The notes under the pieces: generated by a model
Database searches by the model: none
What the model saw: the letters and a program-made list of their open reading frames with translations, nothing else
What the model was told of the DNA's origin: nothing
Part shown: piece after piece, positions 10,347 to 19,758 of the stretch
Position numbering within the stretch: position 1 is the stretch's first letter
How the letters are laid out: each line of letters begins with the position of its first letter
Assembly (NCBI GenBank): GCA_963832675.1
Contig: CAWHUY010000023.1
Location: 99,289-163,288 of the forward strand
Length of the DNA: 64,000 nucleotides
Origin: an uncultured Spirochaetota bacterium
Lineage (GTDB): Bacteria; Spirochaetota; Spirochaetia; DSM-27196; DATKUC01
Direction of reading: 5' to 3'
Made by a program: the position numbers and the translations under genes

Positions 10347-11870
10347 TCACGGAGCCGCAACGGCCCGTTTTTTCGCCGACGCCGCCACCAGATCGGCGTC
10401 CGTATACGACCCTCGCGCGAACTCCCCCGCTATCTCTCCGCGCGACATGACCAGCACGCGGTCCGAGTTCGCGGTGATTTCCTTCAGCTCCGATGACGCA
10501 AAGAGTATCGCAATGCCTTCCTGCGCGAGATTGTTCATGATCCCAAACATTTCCGCCTTCGCGTTCACGTCTATTCCGCGCGTCGGCTCGTCCATCAGAA
10601 GCACCTTCGGCCGCGTGAGCAGCGACTTGGCCACTACCACCTTCTGCTGGTTCCCGCCGCTCAACGCAGTCACCAGTTGTGATGGGGAAGATACCCGGAT
10701 CGCGAGGTTCTTGATCATCTGGATAACGTCCGAAAGACCCGCCTTCGCCGGGAGGATGCCCGCCCGCGCGTACTCCCGGATATTGGAGAGTGTGATGTTG
10801 TTGCCGACGGTCATCGTCTGCACGATACCCGCCACCTGCCGGTCTTCGGGAACCAGCGCGAGGCCGGCATCGATCCGTTCGTCGACCCTCATCGAGTGTG
10901 CTATCGGATTGCCCTCGACGATGATTTCGCCGGTAGCTTCAGCGTGGAGACCTATGAGACATTCGAGCAGCTCGGAACGCCCGGCGCCCATGAGCCCGTA
11001 GAGCCCCACGATCTCTCCGGCACCTACTGAAAAGGATAGGTCCCGCACGTGGAACCCGCCTTCCGCGCGCGGGTAGGTGAGATGGCTCACTTCGAGCGCA
11101 CCGTGGCTGGCGATATGCTCGGTACTCGGCAGGAATGAGGAGAGCGATCGACCCACCATCTTTTCGATAATCCAGTCGATGTCGACTTCCGGAATCTTCG
11201 CTTCGGCCTGAACCTTGCCGTCCCGTAGCACCGTTATGTAGTCGCCGATCTCCATGACCTCTTCCAGCCTGTGCGAAATGTAGACGATGGCGACTCCGTG
11301 GTTCTTCAGCTCGCGAATGACACGGAACAGAATTTTGACCTCGTTCGCGGTGAGCGCGGAGGTCGGTTCATCCATGATGAGAATCTTGACGTTCTGAAGA
11401 AGCGCCTTGGCGATGGCGACGATCTGCTGGGAGCTTACGCCAAGATCCCCCACGAGAACGTCCGGATCGATCGAATGCTCGAGGCGCGCAAGAAGCTCAC
11501 GGGTTTTTTCTCTCTGCTGCTTGAAGTTGATGACACCGCGCGGCGCGATTTCCTGCGTCAGGAATATGTTGTCGGAGACGCTCATGTTCGCGCAGAGATC
11601 CATCTCCTGGTAGATGATCCCGATACCGTGCCGCTGCGCGTCCAGAGGATTGCGAATCTGAAGCGTCTGACCTTCGATAACCAGATCGCCTTCGGTGGGC
11701 ATCTCCGCTCCCGCGATGATCTTCATCAGGGTCGACTTCCCCGCGCCGTTCTCGCCGACAAGGATGTTCACCTTTCCCGCGTAGGCATTGAAACTCGCGT
11801 CGTCGAGCGCAACTGTTCCGGGGTAGACCTTTTTGATGTGTTCCGCGCGCAAGACGATCGCATCACCCAT
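10347..11870 (-). CDS. Sugar ABC transporter ATP-binding protein, duplicated ATPase domains
   Basis: Walker A GENGAGKSTLMK plus a second nucleotide-binding domain, 507 aa. Confidence 0.9.
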   Translation of the reverse strand: MGDAIVLRAEHIKKVYPGTVALDDASFNAYAGKVNILVGENGAGKSTLMKIIAGAEMPTEGDLVIEGQTLQIRNPLDAQRHGIGIIYQEMDLCANMSVSDNIFLTQEIAPRGVINFKQQREKTRELLARLEHSIDPDVLVGDLGVSSQQIVAIAKALLQNVKILIMDEPTSALTANEVKILFRVIRELKNHGVAIVYISHRLEEVMEIGDYITVLRDGKVQAEAKIPEVDIDWIIEKMVGRSLSSFLPSTEHIASHGALEVSHLTYPRAEGGFHVRDLSFSVGAGEIVGLYGLMGAGRSELLECLIGLHAEATGEIIVEGNPIAHSMRVDERIDAGLALVPEDRQVAGIVQTMTVGNNITLSNIREYARAGILPAKAGLSDVIQMIKNLAIRVSSPSQLVTALSGGNQQKVVVAKSLLTRPKVLLMDEPTRGIDVNAKAEMFGIMNNLAQEGIAILFASSELKEITANSDRVLVMSRGEIAGEFARGSYTDADLVAASAKKRAVAAP

Positions 11871-11874
11871 CCGG

Positions 11875-12555
11875 CTACTCCACCGTCACGATGACGGGCG
11901 TGACGAGAAGGTTCTTCGCGTTCGTGCCGTCGTAGGTGAACGCTCCCTTGATCGATATCTTTTTCTTGAGGAGCGCTTTTAGGTCTATCTTGGTCACCAC
12001 GTTTTTTTCCACGCGGGTGTTGAGCTCATCCGAGACATTGCCGAACTGCATCTGGTTGAGAAACTGCTCGAACCTGATGAATTTTACCGCGTCACGCAGA
12101 GCCGTTCCGAGAATGATCGGCCCAATCTGCACTTTGACCGGCAACACTCCGCCCTCGAACGGAACGTCGACAGTCAGGGCGCCGGTCATTGAGGATGTGT
12201 CGACATTGCTCACCGTGCCGCTGAAGGATACAAGGAAGTTTGTTGCCCCACCTACGTCGTTCCCGTACTCCTTTTCGGCTTTCGCGGGATCGGCCCCGAT
12301 CGCCGCAACAAGAGTGTTGAGATCAATCGACTCTTTTTCCACCGTTGGAATGACCTTCGACTCCCAGATGCTGTCGACGTATTTGACCTTGTCGAATGCC
12401 GTACCCCCCTCCGAGAGAGCTGCAAGCGACTTTGCGTCCGCAATCGGTGTGACGGTGGCCAGCGCGCCGGCAAAATAGAGGACTACCAGCACGATGATGA
12501 CCAGCACGGGTAGACCAACTCGCACCGCCAGTTTCTTGATGGCCCTATTCGTCAT
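11875..12555 (-). CDS. DUF2291-like putative lipoprotein, first gene of the ABC operon
   Basis: 226 aa with an N-terminal hydrophobic anchor. This gene class is recurrently found immediately upstream of rbsA-like ATPases. Confidence 0.5.
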   Translation of the reverse strand: MTNRAIKKLAVRVGLPVLVIIVLVVLYFAGALATVTPIADAKSLAALSEGGTAFDKVKYVDSIWESKVIPTVEKESIDLNTLVAAIGADPAKAEKEYGNDVGGATNFLVSFSGTVSNVDTSSMTGALTVDVPFEGGVLPVKVQIGPIILGTALRDAVKFIRFEQFLNQMQFGNVSDELNTRVEKNVVTKIDLKALLKKKISIKGAFTYDGTNAKNLLVTPVIVTVE

Positions 12556-12857
12556 TGAGTTCTCCCGGTTTTTCCTGCACCTGGTATGCTCGCGATGTGC
12601 GGCGAGGTGGATCCCCGCACCAAAAGCTCAGGCTCCAACAATGTACGTTTGCCCGGCCCCTTCGGATGCTCGATCCTCTCGAGCAGGTACCGGACGCTAT
12701 CTCCGAGTCTACGGCCACTCCGTTGAATTGTCAACAAAAAAACAAACTAATCGTAAGTTATCAGAGAAATACTGCAGTGATACGAACAGAAATGGGACAA
12801 ATTGCCTTTCCTTTTCTTGTCCAATCGCGTATAATCCGATCTGTGGGTAACAAGGAC

Positions 12858-13622
12858 ATGCTGGGTCAGAAGCGCCGCATGAAGATCCTGGAGCTTCTTC
12901 AGGAAGAGGGCAGCGCGCGTGTAACCTATCTCAGTGAGATCTTCGAGGTATCGGAACCCACCGTACGTCAGGATCTCGAAAAGCTCGAACGTGAGGGCTA
13001 CGTACTCCGGGAGCATGGCGGAGCATTCCTCCGCTCCGTCTCCCAGCAGGTACGCTCACTCTCACTTCAGCACACCGAGAATCTCGACAAGAAGATCAGA
13101 ATAGCCCGAAAAGCGGCCGAACAAATCTCCAACGGAGAAAGAATTATTCTTGACTCCGGGTCGACGGCCACTGAGATTTCGAAACAGCTCCACGGAAAGC
13201 AGGATCTCACCGTAATCACGAATGCGCTCAACATCGCACTCATCGTCGGCGCTGAGTACTCTTTCGAGCTTCTGGTGACCGGCGGGGAGTTCAAGGCGCC
13301 AACCCTGTCGCTGACAGGCGATAAGGCGGCAGCCTTCTTCCGCAACGTCTACATCGACAAGTTATTCCTCGCAACCGGCGGTATCTCCCCCAATTTTGAG
13401 CTCACCTACCCCGGATTCGCGGATCTCCCGGTGAAACGGGCAATGATCGAGGCTGCATCGACGAAATATCTCGTGGCCGATTCGACGAAAATCGGTAAAA
13501 TATCGTTCGCTTCGCTGGGAACTATGGGGGTTGTCGACTATTTCATTACGGACCCGGGAATTTCCGACGAGACGATTCGGCGAATCGCCGATCTCGGTGT
13601 CACGGTCATGGTGTCCGACTGA
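12858..13622 (+). CDS. DeoR/GlpR family transcriptional regulator
   Basis: MLGQKRRMKILELLQEEGSARVTYLSEIFEVSEPTVRQDLEKLEREGYV HTH followed by a DeoR C-terminal sugar-phosphate-binding domain. TATAAT at 12830-12835 upstream. Confidence 0.85.
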   Translation: MLGQKRRMKILELLQEEGSARVTYLSEIFEVSEPTVRQDLEKLEREGYVLREHGGAFLRSVSQQVRSLSLQHTENLDKKIRIARKAAEQISNGERIILDSGSTATEISKQLHGKQDLTVITNALNIALIVGAEYSFELLVTGGEFKAPTLSLTGDKAAAFFRNVYIDKLFLATGGISPNFELTYPGFADLPVKRAMIEAASTKYLVADSTKIGKISFASLGTMGVVDYFITDPGISDETIRRIADLGVTVMVSD

Positions 13623-13662
13623 CTCATACGCTCTATAATTTTCGTTTATTTTCGTATTTCTT

Positions 13663-13691
13663 TGACAATGCGCGATATCTGGCATATACTC
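13663..13691 (+). promoter_or_regulatory. Sigma70-like promoter TTGACA-17 nt-TATACT upstream of the transketolase N-subunit gene
   Basis: TTGACA at 13663-13668 and TATACT at 13686-13691. The RBS GGGGGAAG precedes ATG 13727. Confidence 0.55.
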
Positions 13692-13726
13692 AGGGACAGC
13701 AACCGTGGCAGTGATGGGGGAAGTGT

Positions 13727-14566
13727 ATGATCGCGCTCAAGACGCAGGACCTGCGGAGAATATCGGTGGAGATCCGGAAACAGCTCCTGCAGATCATCTA
13801 CGGGGCCGGAGGGGGCCACACCGGCGGGTCCCTCTCGTCGGTAGACATTCTCGTGAGTCTCTTTTTCCACGTCATGAAATACGACGCGGCCAATCCGCAG
13901 GCTCCCGGGCGGGACCGATTCATCCTCAGCAAGGGACACAGTGTCGAGGGCTACTACTGCGTCCTCGCGCGCGCAGGCTTCCTGCCGGAATCGGAACTCG
14001 CGACCTACGGCAAGTTCGGTTCGCGGCTCTACGGACACCCGACCATGAAGGTCCCGGGCGTCGAAGTGCCGACCGGAGCCCTCGGCCACGGTCTTTCGGT
14101 TGGCGTGGGAATGGCGATTGCCGGCAAACGCGACAACACCGACTATCGCGTCTTCGTTCTCATGGGCGACGGAGAGCAGGCGGAAGGGAGTATCTGGGAG
14201 GCCGCAATGGCCGCTGCGCACTACAAGCTCGACAATCTTGTCGGCATCATCGACTACAACAAGCTGCAGATAAGCGGCAACGTAGATACGGTCATGAGGC
14301 TTTCATCGCTGCGGGACCGCTGGACAAGCTTCGGCTGGCGCGTCGAGGAGGTCGACGGAAATGAGATCTCCGCGCTGAATACGCTTTTTGACCGGTTGTC
14401 GTCGACCGGCGACATGCCGACCCTGGTGCTCGCGCACACAACCAAGGGAAAGGGTGTCTCGTTTATGGAGAACAACGCGTCGTGGCACCACCACGTTCCC
14501 ACTGAAAAGGAGCTCGCGCAGGCGATGAGCGAGCTGAATAGTCAGATTGAGGAGGTCGCGAAATGA
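13727..14566 (+). CDS. Transketolase, N-terminal (TPP-binding) subunit
   Basis: GGGHTGGSLS and GDGEQAEGSIWEA motifs, 279 aa, typical split-transketolase N subunit. Its stop overlaps the next start (ATGA). Confidence 0.9.
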   Translation: MIALKTQDLRRISVEIRKQLLQIIYGAGGGHTGGSLSSVDILVSLFFHVMKYDAANPQAPGRDRFILSKGHSVEGYYCVLARAGFLPESELATYGKFGSRLYGHPTMKVPGVEVPTGALGHGLSVGVGMAIAGKRDNTDYRVFVLMGDGEQAEGSIWEAAMAAAHYKLDNLVGIIDYNKLQISGNVDTVMRLSSLRDRWTSFGWRVEEVDGNEISALNTLFDRLSSTGDMPTLVLAHTTKGKGVSFMENNASWHHHVPTEKELAQAMSELNSQIEEVAK

Positions 14567-17043
14567 GCGGTTCCGGGATCAGCTGCCGGCATGCGTTCAC
14601 CGCTGCCCTTCTCGAAGAGGCGCTCAACGAGCCGAGGCTCTACGCGGTGACCACCGATGCAAGGGGTTCGGTGACTCTGGGCGACTTCGCGAAGGCGCTC
14701 CCGGGCCAGTTCGTCGAGATCGGCATCGCAGAACAGAATTCTGTTGGCGTCGGATCCGGACTCGCGCGTTCCGGTAAACGGGTCTTCGTCTGTGGACCCG
14801 CATGTTTCTACTCGGCCCGCAGCGCCGAACAGGTGAAAAACGATGTCGCCTACGCGGGCGCGGATGTCAAGATTGTCGGAGTGAGCGGCGGGGTGAGCTA
14901 TGGGGCGCTCGGTGGCACCCACCACTCCCTGCACGACATAGCTTTGTATCGGGCAATTCCCAATCTCTCCGTCATAATTCCTGCCGATGTCACGCAGACT
15001 GAAGCGGCAACCCGGTACCTGGCGAGTCACGCCGGCCCCGCTTACATGCGGCTCGGCCGGGCGCCGGTTCCCGACGTTTACCGCTCCTCCGACTCCAGTT
15101 TCCACTTTGGCCGGGCCAACCGGCTCAGCGACGGACAGGATTGCGCAATCATCGCGTGCGGTGAGACTCTTTTTCACGCGCTCGCGGCTGAAAAGCTCTT
15201 GCGAACGAAGGGCGTCCGATGCACGGTTCTGGATATACCGACCATCAAACCGCTGGATCGGGAAGCCATAGTCCAGGCTGCCCGGGAGAGCGGACGGGTG
15301 GTTACCGTGGAAGAGCACAGTGTCTTTGGCGGACTCGGGTCCGCGGTTGCCGAAGTTCTCGGTGAAGAGTACCCGGTTCCGGTTCGAATTATCGGCTTTC
15401 CCGACGAGTTCGTGCCGGCGGGGGAATCGCCGCAGCTGTACGACTACTACGGCCTGACCGGACCAAAGCTTGCCGACACCATCTTCGCGTTTGTCCAGAC
15501 GAAATCGCACAATGCCGACAGCATCCGGAGAACGGCGATGAAGAACTCTTTCGTGCTCGCGGTAGATCAGAGCACATCGGCCACGAAGGCGTTTTTGTTC
15601 GACGCACGGGCAGTCCCGGTGCATCGCGTGAACATCGAACATGCGCAGCACTATCCGCAACCCGGTTGGGTAGAGCACGACGCAGTGGAAATACTGGACA
15701 ACAGCATCAAAGCGCTCGTTCGTGTCGTCCGGGAAGCCGACATCGACGCTCGAGATATCTGCGCCCTTGCAATCACCAACCAGCGTGAGACGATTGTAGC
15801 CTGGGATGAAGAAAGCGGGGCTCCAGTCCATCACGCTCTGGTCTGGCAGGATGAGCGAGGTTCGGCCTATTGCGACGCATTGAAATCTGAGGGCGCGGCC
15901 GTATCGATTCAGGAGAAAACCGGCCTCGTGGTCGATACCTATTTCTCTGCAAGCAAGCTCCGCTGGATAGTCCAGAACAGCGATGCCGCACGGGATGCGC
16001 TGCGCAGGGGGCGACTGCTGTGCGGAACGATCGACGCGTGGATCATCTGGAATCTCACTGGCCGCCGCAGCTTCGCTACAGACTACTCAAATGCGTGCCG
16101 GACGCTCCTTTTCGACATCAGGCGGCTCCAATGGGATTCGGATCTGATCGACCTGTTCGGCCTCAGCGGCATTCGGTTGCCGTCGGCGTTGCCTTCGAAC
16201 GCCGACTACGGGGTTGCCGAGATAGCCGGGCTATCGACAAAGCTTCCTGTATGCGGTGTCATGGGCGATTCCCATGCCGCCCTGTTCGGCCATGCGGCGT
16301 TTGTTCCCGGTGCCGCGAAGACCACCTACGGGACCGGATCATCGATCATGATGAACGTCGGAACGTCTGCGCTCCGACCGCCGCAGGGCATCGTTTCCTC
16401 GATTGGGTGGGGAGAGGACGACGAGGTAACCTATGTCTACGAAGGGAACATCAACCACACCGGAGACACGATCCGCTGGGCGCGCGACAATCTCGGCTGT
16501 TTCCGGGACTACGCCGAGGCAGAACAGCTTGCCGAGAGTATCGCAGACAATGGCGGGGTCTATCTTGTGCCGGCATTCTCCGGCCTCGGATCTCCTCACT
16601 GGGTCCACGGCGTACGTGCGTCGATTACGGGTCTTTCGCGCAGCGCCGGACGCGCCGAAATCGCCCGCGCGGCGCTGGAAAGCATCGCCTATCAGGTCCG
16701 GGACGTCATCTCGGCGATGACCGACCGGGGAACGGTGCCGTTCACGGATCTTCGGGTTGACGGTGGGGCGACCGCGAACCGGTTTCTTATGCAATTTCAG
16801 GCGGATCTCCTCGGCGCGCCGTTGCAGGTCGCCGCAATCGAGGAGGTATCGGCACGCGGCGTTGCTCTCATGGCCGGAAAAAAACAGGGGCTCTGGAAAA
16901 ACCGGGCGGAGATTGAGTCGATCGCGACGCCGGCTCGAACCTACAACCCGAAGATGACAGAGCCGGCGAGAGACGCGAATATTCGCGGATGGAATCACGC
17001 GGTCGCTCAGACTCTCTTGACGGAACAGACTAAGGAGGCTTGA
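14563..17043 (+). CDS. Transketolase C-terminal subunit fused in frame to an FGGY-family carbohydrate kinase (826-aa ORF)
   Basis: Residues 1-325 form the transketolase pyrimidine-binding and C-terminal domains. From the internal Met at 15538 (MKNSFVLAVDQSTSATKAF...VWQDERG...) the sequence is an FGGY kinase. No stop codon separates them. An ATGA motif at 15538-15541 suggests formerly separate, translationally coupled genes. Confidence 0.7.
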   Translation: MSGSGISCRHAFTAALLEEALNEPRLYAVTTDARGSVTLGDFAKALPGQFVEIGIAEQNSVGVGSGLARSGKRVFVCGPACFYSARSAEQVKNDVAYAGADVKIVGVSGGVSYGALGGTHHSLHDIALYRAIPNLSVIIPADVTQTEAATRYLASHAGPAYMRLGRAPVPDVYRSSDSSFHFGRANRLSDGQDCAIIACGETLFHALAAEKLLRTKGVRCTVLDIPTIKPLDREAIVQAARESGRVVTVEEHSVFGGLGSAVAEVLGEEYPVPVRIIGFPDEFVPAGESPQLYDYYGLTGPKLADTIFAFVQTKSHNADSIRRTAMKNSFVLAVDQSTSATKAFLFDARAVPVHRVNIEHAQHYPQPGWVEHDAVEILDNSIKALVRVVREADIDARDICALAITNQRETIVAWDEESGAPVHHALVWQDERGSAYCDALKSEGAAVSIQEKTGLVVDTYFSASKLRWIVQNSDAARDALRRGRLLCGTIDAWIIWNLTGRRSFATDYSNACRTLLFDIRRLQWDSDLIDLFGLSGIRLPSALPSNADYGVAEIAGLSTKLPVCGVMGDSHAALFGHAAFVPGAAKTTYGTGSSIMMNVGTSALRPPQGIVSSIGWGEDDEVTYVYEGNINHTGDTIRWARDNLGCFRDYAEAEQLAESIADNGGVYLVPAFSGLGSPHWVHGVRASITGLSRSAGRAEIARAALESIAYQVRDVISAMTDRGTVPFTDLRVDGGATANRFLMQFQADLLGAPLQVAAIEEVSARGVALMAGKKQGLWKNRAEIESIATPARTYNPKMTEPARDANIRGWNHAVAQTLLTEQTKEA
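15538..17043 (+). CDS. FGGY-family carbohydrate kinase (xylulokinase/glycerol-kinase-like) as a possibly independently initiated product
   Basis: GGAGAA RBS 7 nt upstream of ATG 15538. 502 aa, the standard FGGY length. Confidence 0.55.
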   Translation: MKNSFVLAVDQSTSATKAFLFDARAVPVHRVNIEHAQHYPQPGWVEHDAVEILDNSIKALVRVVREADIDARDICALAITNQRETIVAWDEESGAPVHHALVWQDERGSAYCDALKSEGAAVSIQEKTGLVVDTYFSASKLRWIVQNSDAARDALRRGRLLCGTIDAWIIWNLTGRRSFATDYSNACRTLLFDIRRLQWDSDLIDLFGLSGIRLPSALPSNADYGVAEIAGLSTKLPVCGVMGDSHAALFGHAAFVPGAAKTTYGTGSSIMMNVGTSALRPPQGIVSSIGWGEDDEVTYVYEGNINHTGDTIRWARDNLGCFRDYAEAEQLAESIADNGGVYLVPAFSGLGSPHWVHGVRASITGLSRSAGRAEIARAALESIAYQVRDVISAMTDRGTVPFTDLRVDGGATANRFLMQFQADLLGAPLQVAAIEEVSARGVALMAGKKQGLWKNRAEIESIATPARTYNPKMTEPARDANIRGWNHAVAQTLLTEQTKEA

Positions 17044-17044
17044 T

Positions 17045-18496
17045 ATGGCGGATCATCCCTGGACACGAGCGATCGAACGTCCGGTACGTTTCGGACTGAT
17101 TGTCTCATCACGCGGTTTCTTCAACGCAGCCCACGCCACTTCAGCGCGGCGCGACCTGGCAAAACGACTCGACAGCCTGAAATATGGCTACTTCATTCTC
17201 GACGAGAAAGCTACGCCCAACGGGGCCGTCGAGACGATGTCGGATGCAAAGAAATACTCGGCTCTCTTCAAGGAACATCGGGATGAGATCGACGGCATTA
17301 TCGTAAGTCTCGCAAACTTCGGAGACGAAATCGCGGTGGTCGAAACAATCGAGAGATCCGGGCTCAAAGTTCCGGTCCTTGTTCAGGCCTGCAACGATGA
17401 TCTCGAGCACGTGGACGTGAAGGGACGACGCGATGCCTATTGCGGCAAGCTCTCCGTCTGCAACAACCTATACCAGTGCGGAATTCCCTGGACCGATACA
17501 GTCGAGCACACCGAAGACATCGACAGCGATCTTTTTGCCGCAGACCTCGACCGATTCGCGAGAATCTGCCGGACAGTGCGCGGGCTGCGCGGCGCACGAA
17601 TCGGCGCCATCGGCGCGCGACCTGCGCCATTCCGCACGGTGCGGTACAGCGAAAAACTCCTCCAGGCGGCCGGAATTACGGTGGTCACGGTGGATCTGTC
17701 GGAGATTCTCGGCGCAGCCTCGCGGTTGAAGAAAGAGGACGCTGCGGTCAAAGAGAAACTCGACGCCATTCATTCGTATGGAAAGATCCCGAACGTAATT
17801 GTGGAACACAATGTGGTGAAGCAGGCGTGCCTTTCGGTGACGATCGACCGATGGATGGACGAGAACGAATGCGACGCGAGCGCAATCCAGTGCTGGGACT
17901 CGGTGCAGAACAACTACGGATGCGCGACCTGCCTTTCAATGAGCATGATGGGCGAAAAACTGATGCCAAGCGCCTGTGAGGTCGACGTGACCGGTGTCAT
18001 TTCGATGTACGCGCTCGCGCTCGCGACCGGAAATCCTCCCGGCTTCCTCGACTGGAACAACAATTATGGGCATCAGAAGGACATGGTTGTCGGCACCCAC
18101 TGCAGCAACTTCCCCAAGAGCTTCATGGGCCGGGAGGTCGAGATTTCCAACCTCGACATCCTGGGTGAAAGCCTGGGAAAAGAGCGATGTTTCGGTGCGA
18201 TCAAGGGGCACGTGGCACCCGGAGCATTCACCTTTTTCCGCATGTCGACCGACGACCGCATGGGCAGGATTCGCAGCTATGTTGGAGAGGGCGATTTCAC
18301 CGACGATCCGTTCCCGATGGACGGCGGTATAGCTGTCTGCCACATACCGGGTGTCCGCGACCTGATGCGTCATATCACCAAGAACGGGTTTGAGCATCAC
18401 GTAGCGATGGCGCGCGGCAGCTACGCGGAAGTTCTGCGCGAGGCAGCCGAAACCTATCTCGGATGGGATCTCTACGCGCACGACGGGGATTCGTAG
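17045..18496 (+). CDS. L-fucose/L-arabinose isomerase family sugar isomerase
   Basis: 483 aa. Acidic and His-rich segments (CEVDVTGV..., GFLDWNN...) resemble the FucI/AraA catalytic region. Strong AAGGAGG RBS. Confidence 0.55.
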   Translation: MADHPWTRAIERPVRFGLIVSSRGFFNAAHATSARRDLAKRLDSLKYGYFILDEKATPNGAVETMSDAKKYSALFKEHRDEIDGIIVSLANFGDEIAVVETIERSGLKVPVLVQACNDDLEHVDVKGRRDAYCGKLSVCNNLYQCGIPWTDTVEHTEDIDSDLFAADLDRFARICRTVRGLRGARIGAIGARPAPFRTVRYSEKLLQAAGITVVTVDLSEILGAASRLKKEDAAVKEKLDAIHSYGKIPNVIVEHNVVKQACLSVTIDRWMDENECDASAIQCWDSVQNNYGCATCLSMSMMGEKLMPSACEVDVTGVISMYALALATGNPPGFLDWNNNYGHQKDMVVGTHCSNFPKSFMGREVEISNLDILGESLGKERCFGAIKGHVAPGAFTFFRMSTDDRMGRIRSYVGEGDFTDDPFPMDGGIAVCHIPGVRDLMRHITKNGFEHHVAMARGSYAEVLREAAETYLGWDLYAHDGDS

Positions 18497-18579
18497 ACGC
18501 TCGTCTCGAAATCTGTTCGATCGACGATCCGCTCCTCCCCTCTTGCGCCTCTCAGGTGATTCGCGCCATTCTGTAGTTA

Positions 18580-19709
18580 TGAGCTATGCATCACTTTCCT
18601 CATCCGTGCGAGTCGGTCGACATTTGCTTGCCAACCGCATCGTGATGCCGCCGATGGTCATCTGGAAATCCGGAGAGACTGGCCAGGTCACGGATACCCA
18701 TCTCGACCACTACCGCAGGAGCGCGGGCCCGGGACTCATGATCGTCGAAGCGACCGTAGTCTCCCCGGAAGGTCGCCTGGCTGCCACTCAGCTCGGCGCA
18801 TTTTCAGACGGTCAGATCGACGGACTCACATCGCTGGCAAAGGTAATTCGCGATGGCGGTGCAGTACCGGGAATCCAGCTGCATCATGCCGGATCGCGCA
18901 CCGACCCCTCAAGAAACTACGGCGGAAGAATTTTTGCACCATCGCGACTTCCCGATTCGCGCGCGGAGGTCGAAGAGCTGAGCGAGCGGGAAATCAGGCG
19001 AATCATCGAGGATTTCGCGCGCGCCGCAGTCAGAGCCGTGCGGGCCGGATTCGAGCTGATCGAAATCCACGGAGCGCACGGCTACCTGGGGAGCCAATTC
19101 CTCTCGCCGCATCTGAACCGGAGAACTGATGATTGGGGCGGAAGCATCGAAAACCGTGTACGGTTTCTGGTCGAGGTATTGTCCGCGGTGCGTGACGCTG
19201 CGTCCGAGGAGATCGCGCAAAGCGCGGCAACCGGCAAGGGCCCGGCGGGCCGTGGGCTCACCGTGACCGTGCGGCTCGGGGTCGCCGAAGCGGCCGGAGG
19301 CATTTCGATCGACGACGGCATCCGCGCGGCGCAGCTTCTGGAAAAGGCGGGTGCCGACGCCCTGCATGTCTCTCACGGAGGGAGCATTCCATTCGATCTT
19401 ACGGCGGCCAACGGCTCGTGGTCGCCCGTCGTCGAGATGGGACGAAGAGTGAAACGGGCAGTTTCGATTCCGATCATCGGCGTCGGGGCAATCCGGAAGC
19501 CGGAGGAGGCGAATGCTCTGATCGACTCCCAGATTGTGGACCTTGTGGCAGTCGGACGCGCGATGCTTGCCGATCCCGGTTGGGCGGCCAAAACTCTGTC
19601 CGGCCACGAAAGCCGGATCTCTGTCTGCCAGGACTGCAAACCGCGCTGCTGGCACTTTACCGATCCCGGCAAGTGTCCGGCTCGTCAGCGTCTGAAGAGG
19701 ATCGCGTGA
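18580..19709 (+). CDS. Old Yellow Enzyme family NADH:flavin oxidoreductase
   Basis: HLLANRIVMPPM...HGAHGYLGSQFLSP...GGSIENRVRF are OYE signatures. Start chosen at MSYASLSS rather than the ORF-track start at 18543. Confidence 0.8.
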
Positions 19710-19758
19710 CCCGGTCGGGAACAGTGCGCCGTCTAAACGGAATCATCCGGGTCGAGTC

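Noticed and set aside
12556-12857. Weak TTGA-att-GTCAA inverted repeat at ~12713-12724 as a DeoR operator
   Set aside because: Only 4-bp arms. DeoR regulators usually use direct repeats, and I could not find a convincing repeated motif in this intergenic region by eye.
14542-15834. 430-aa minus-strand ORF
   Set aside because: Antisense shadow of the transketolase C subunit / FGGY kinase region.
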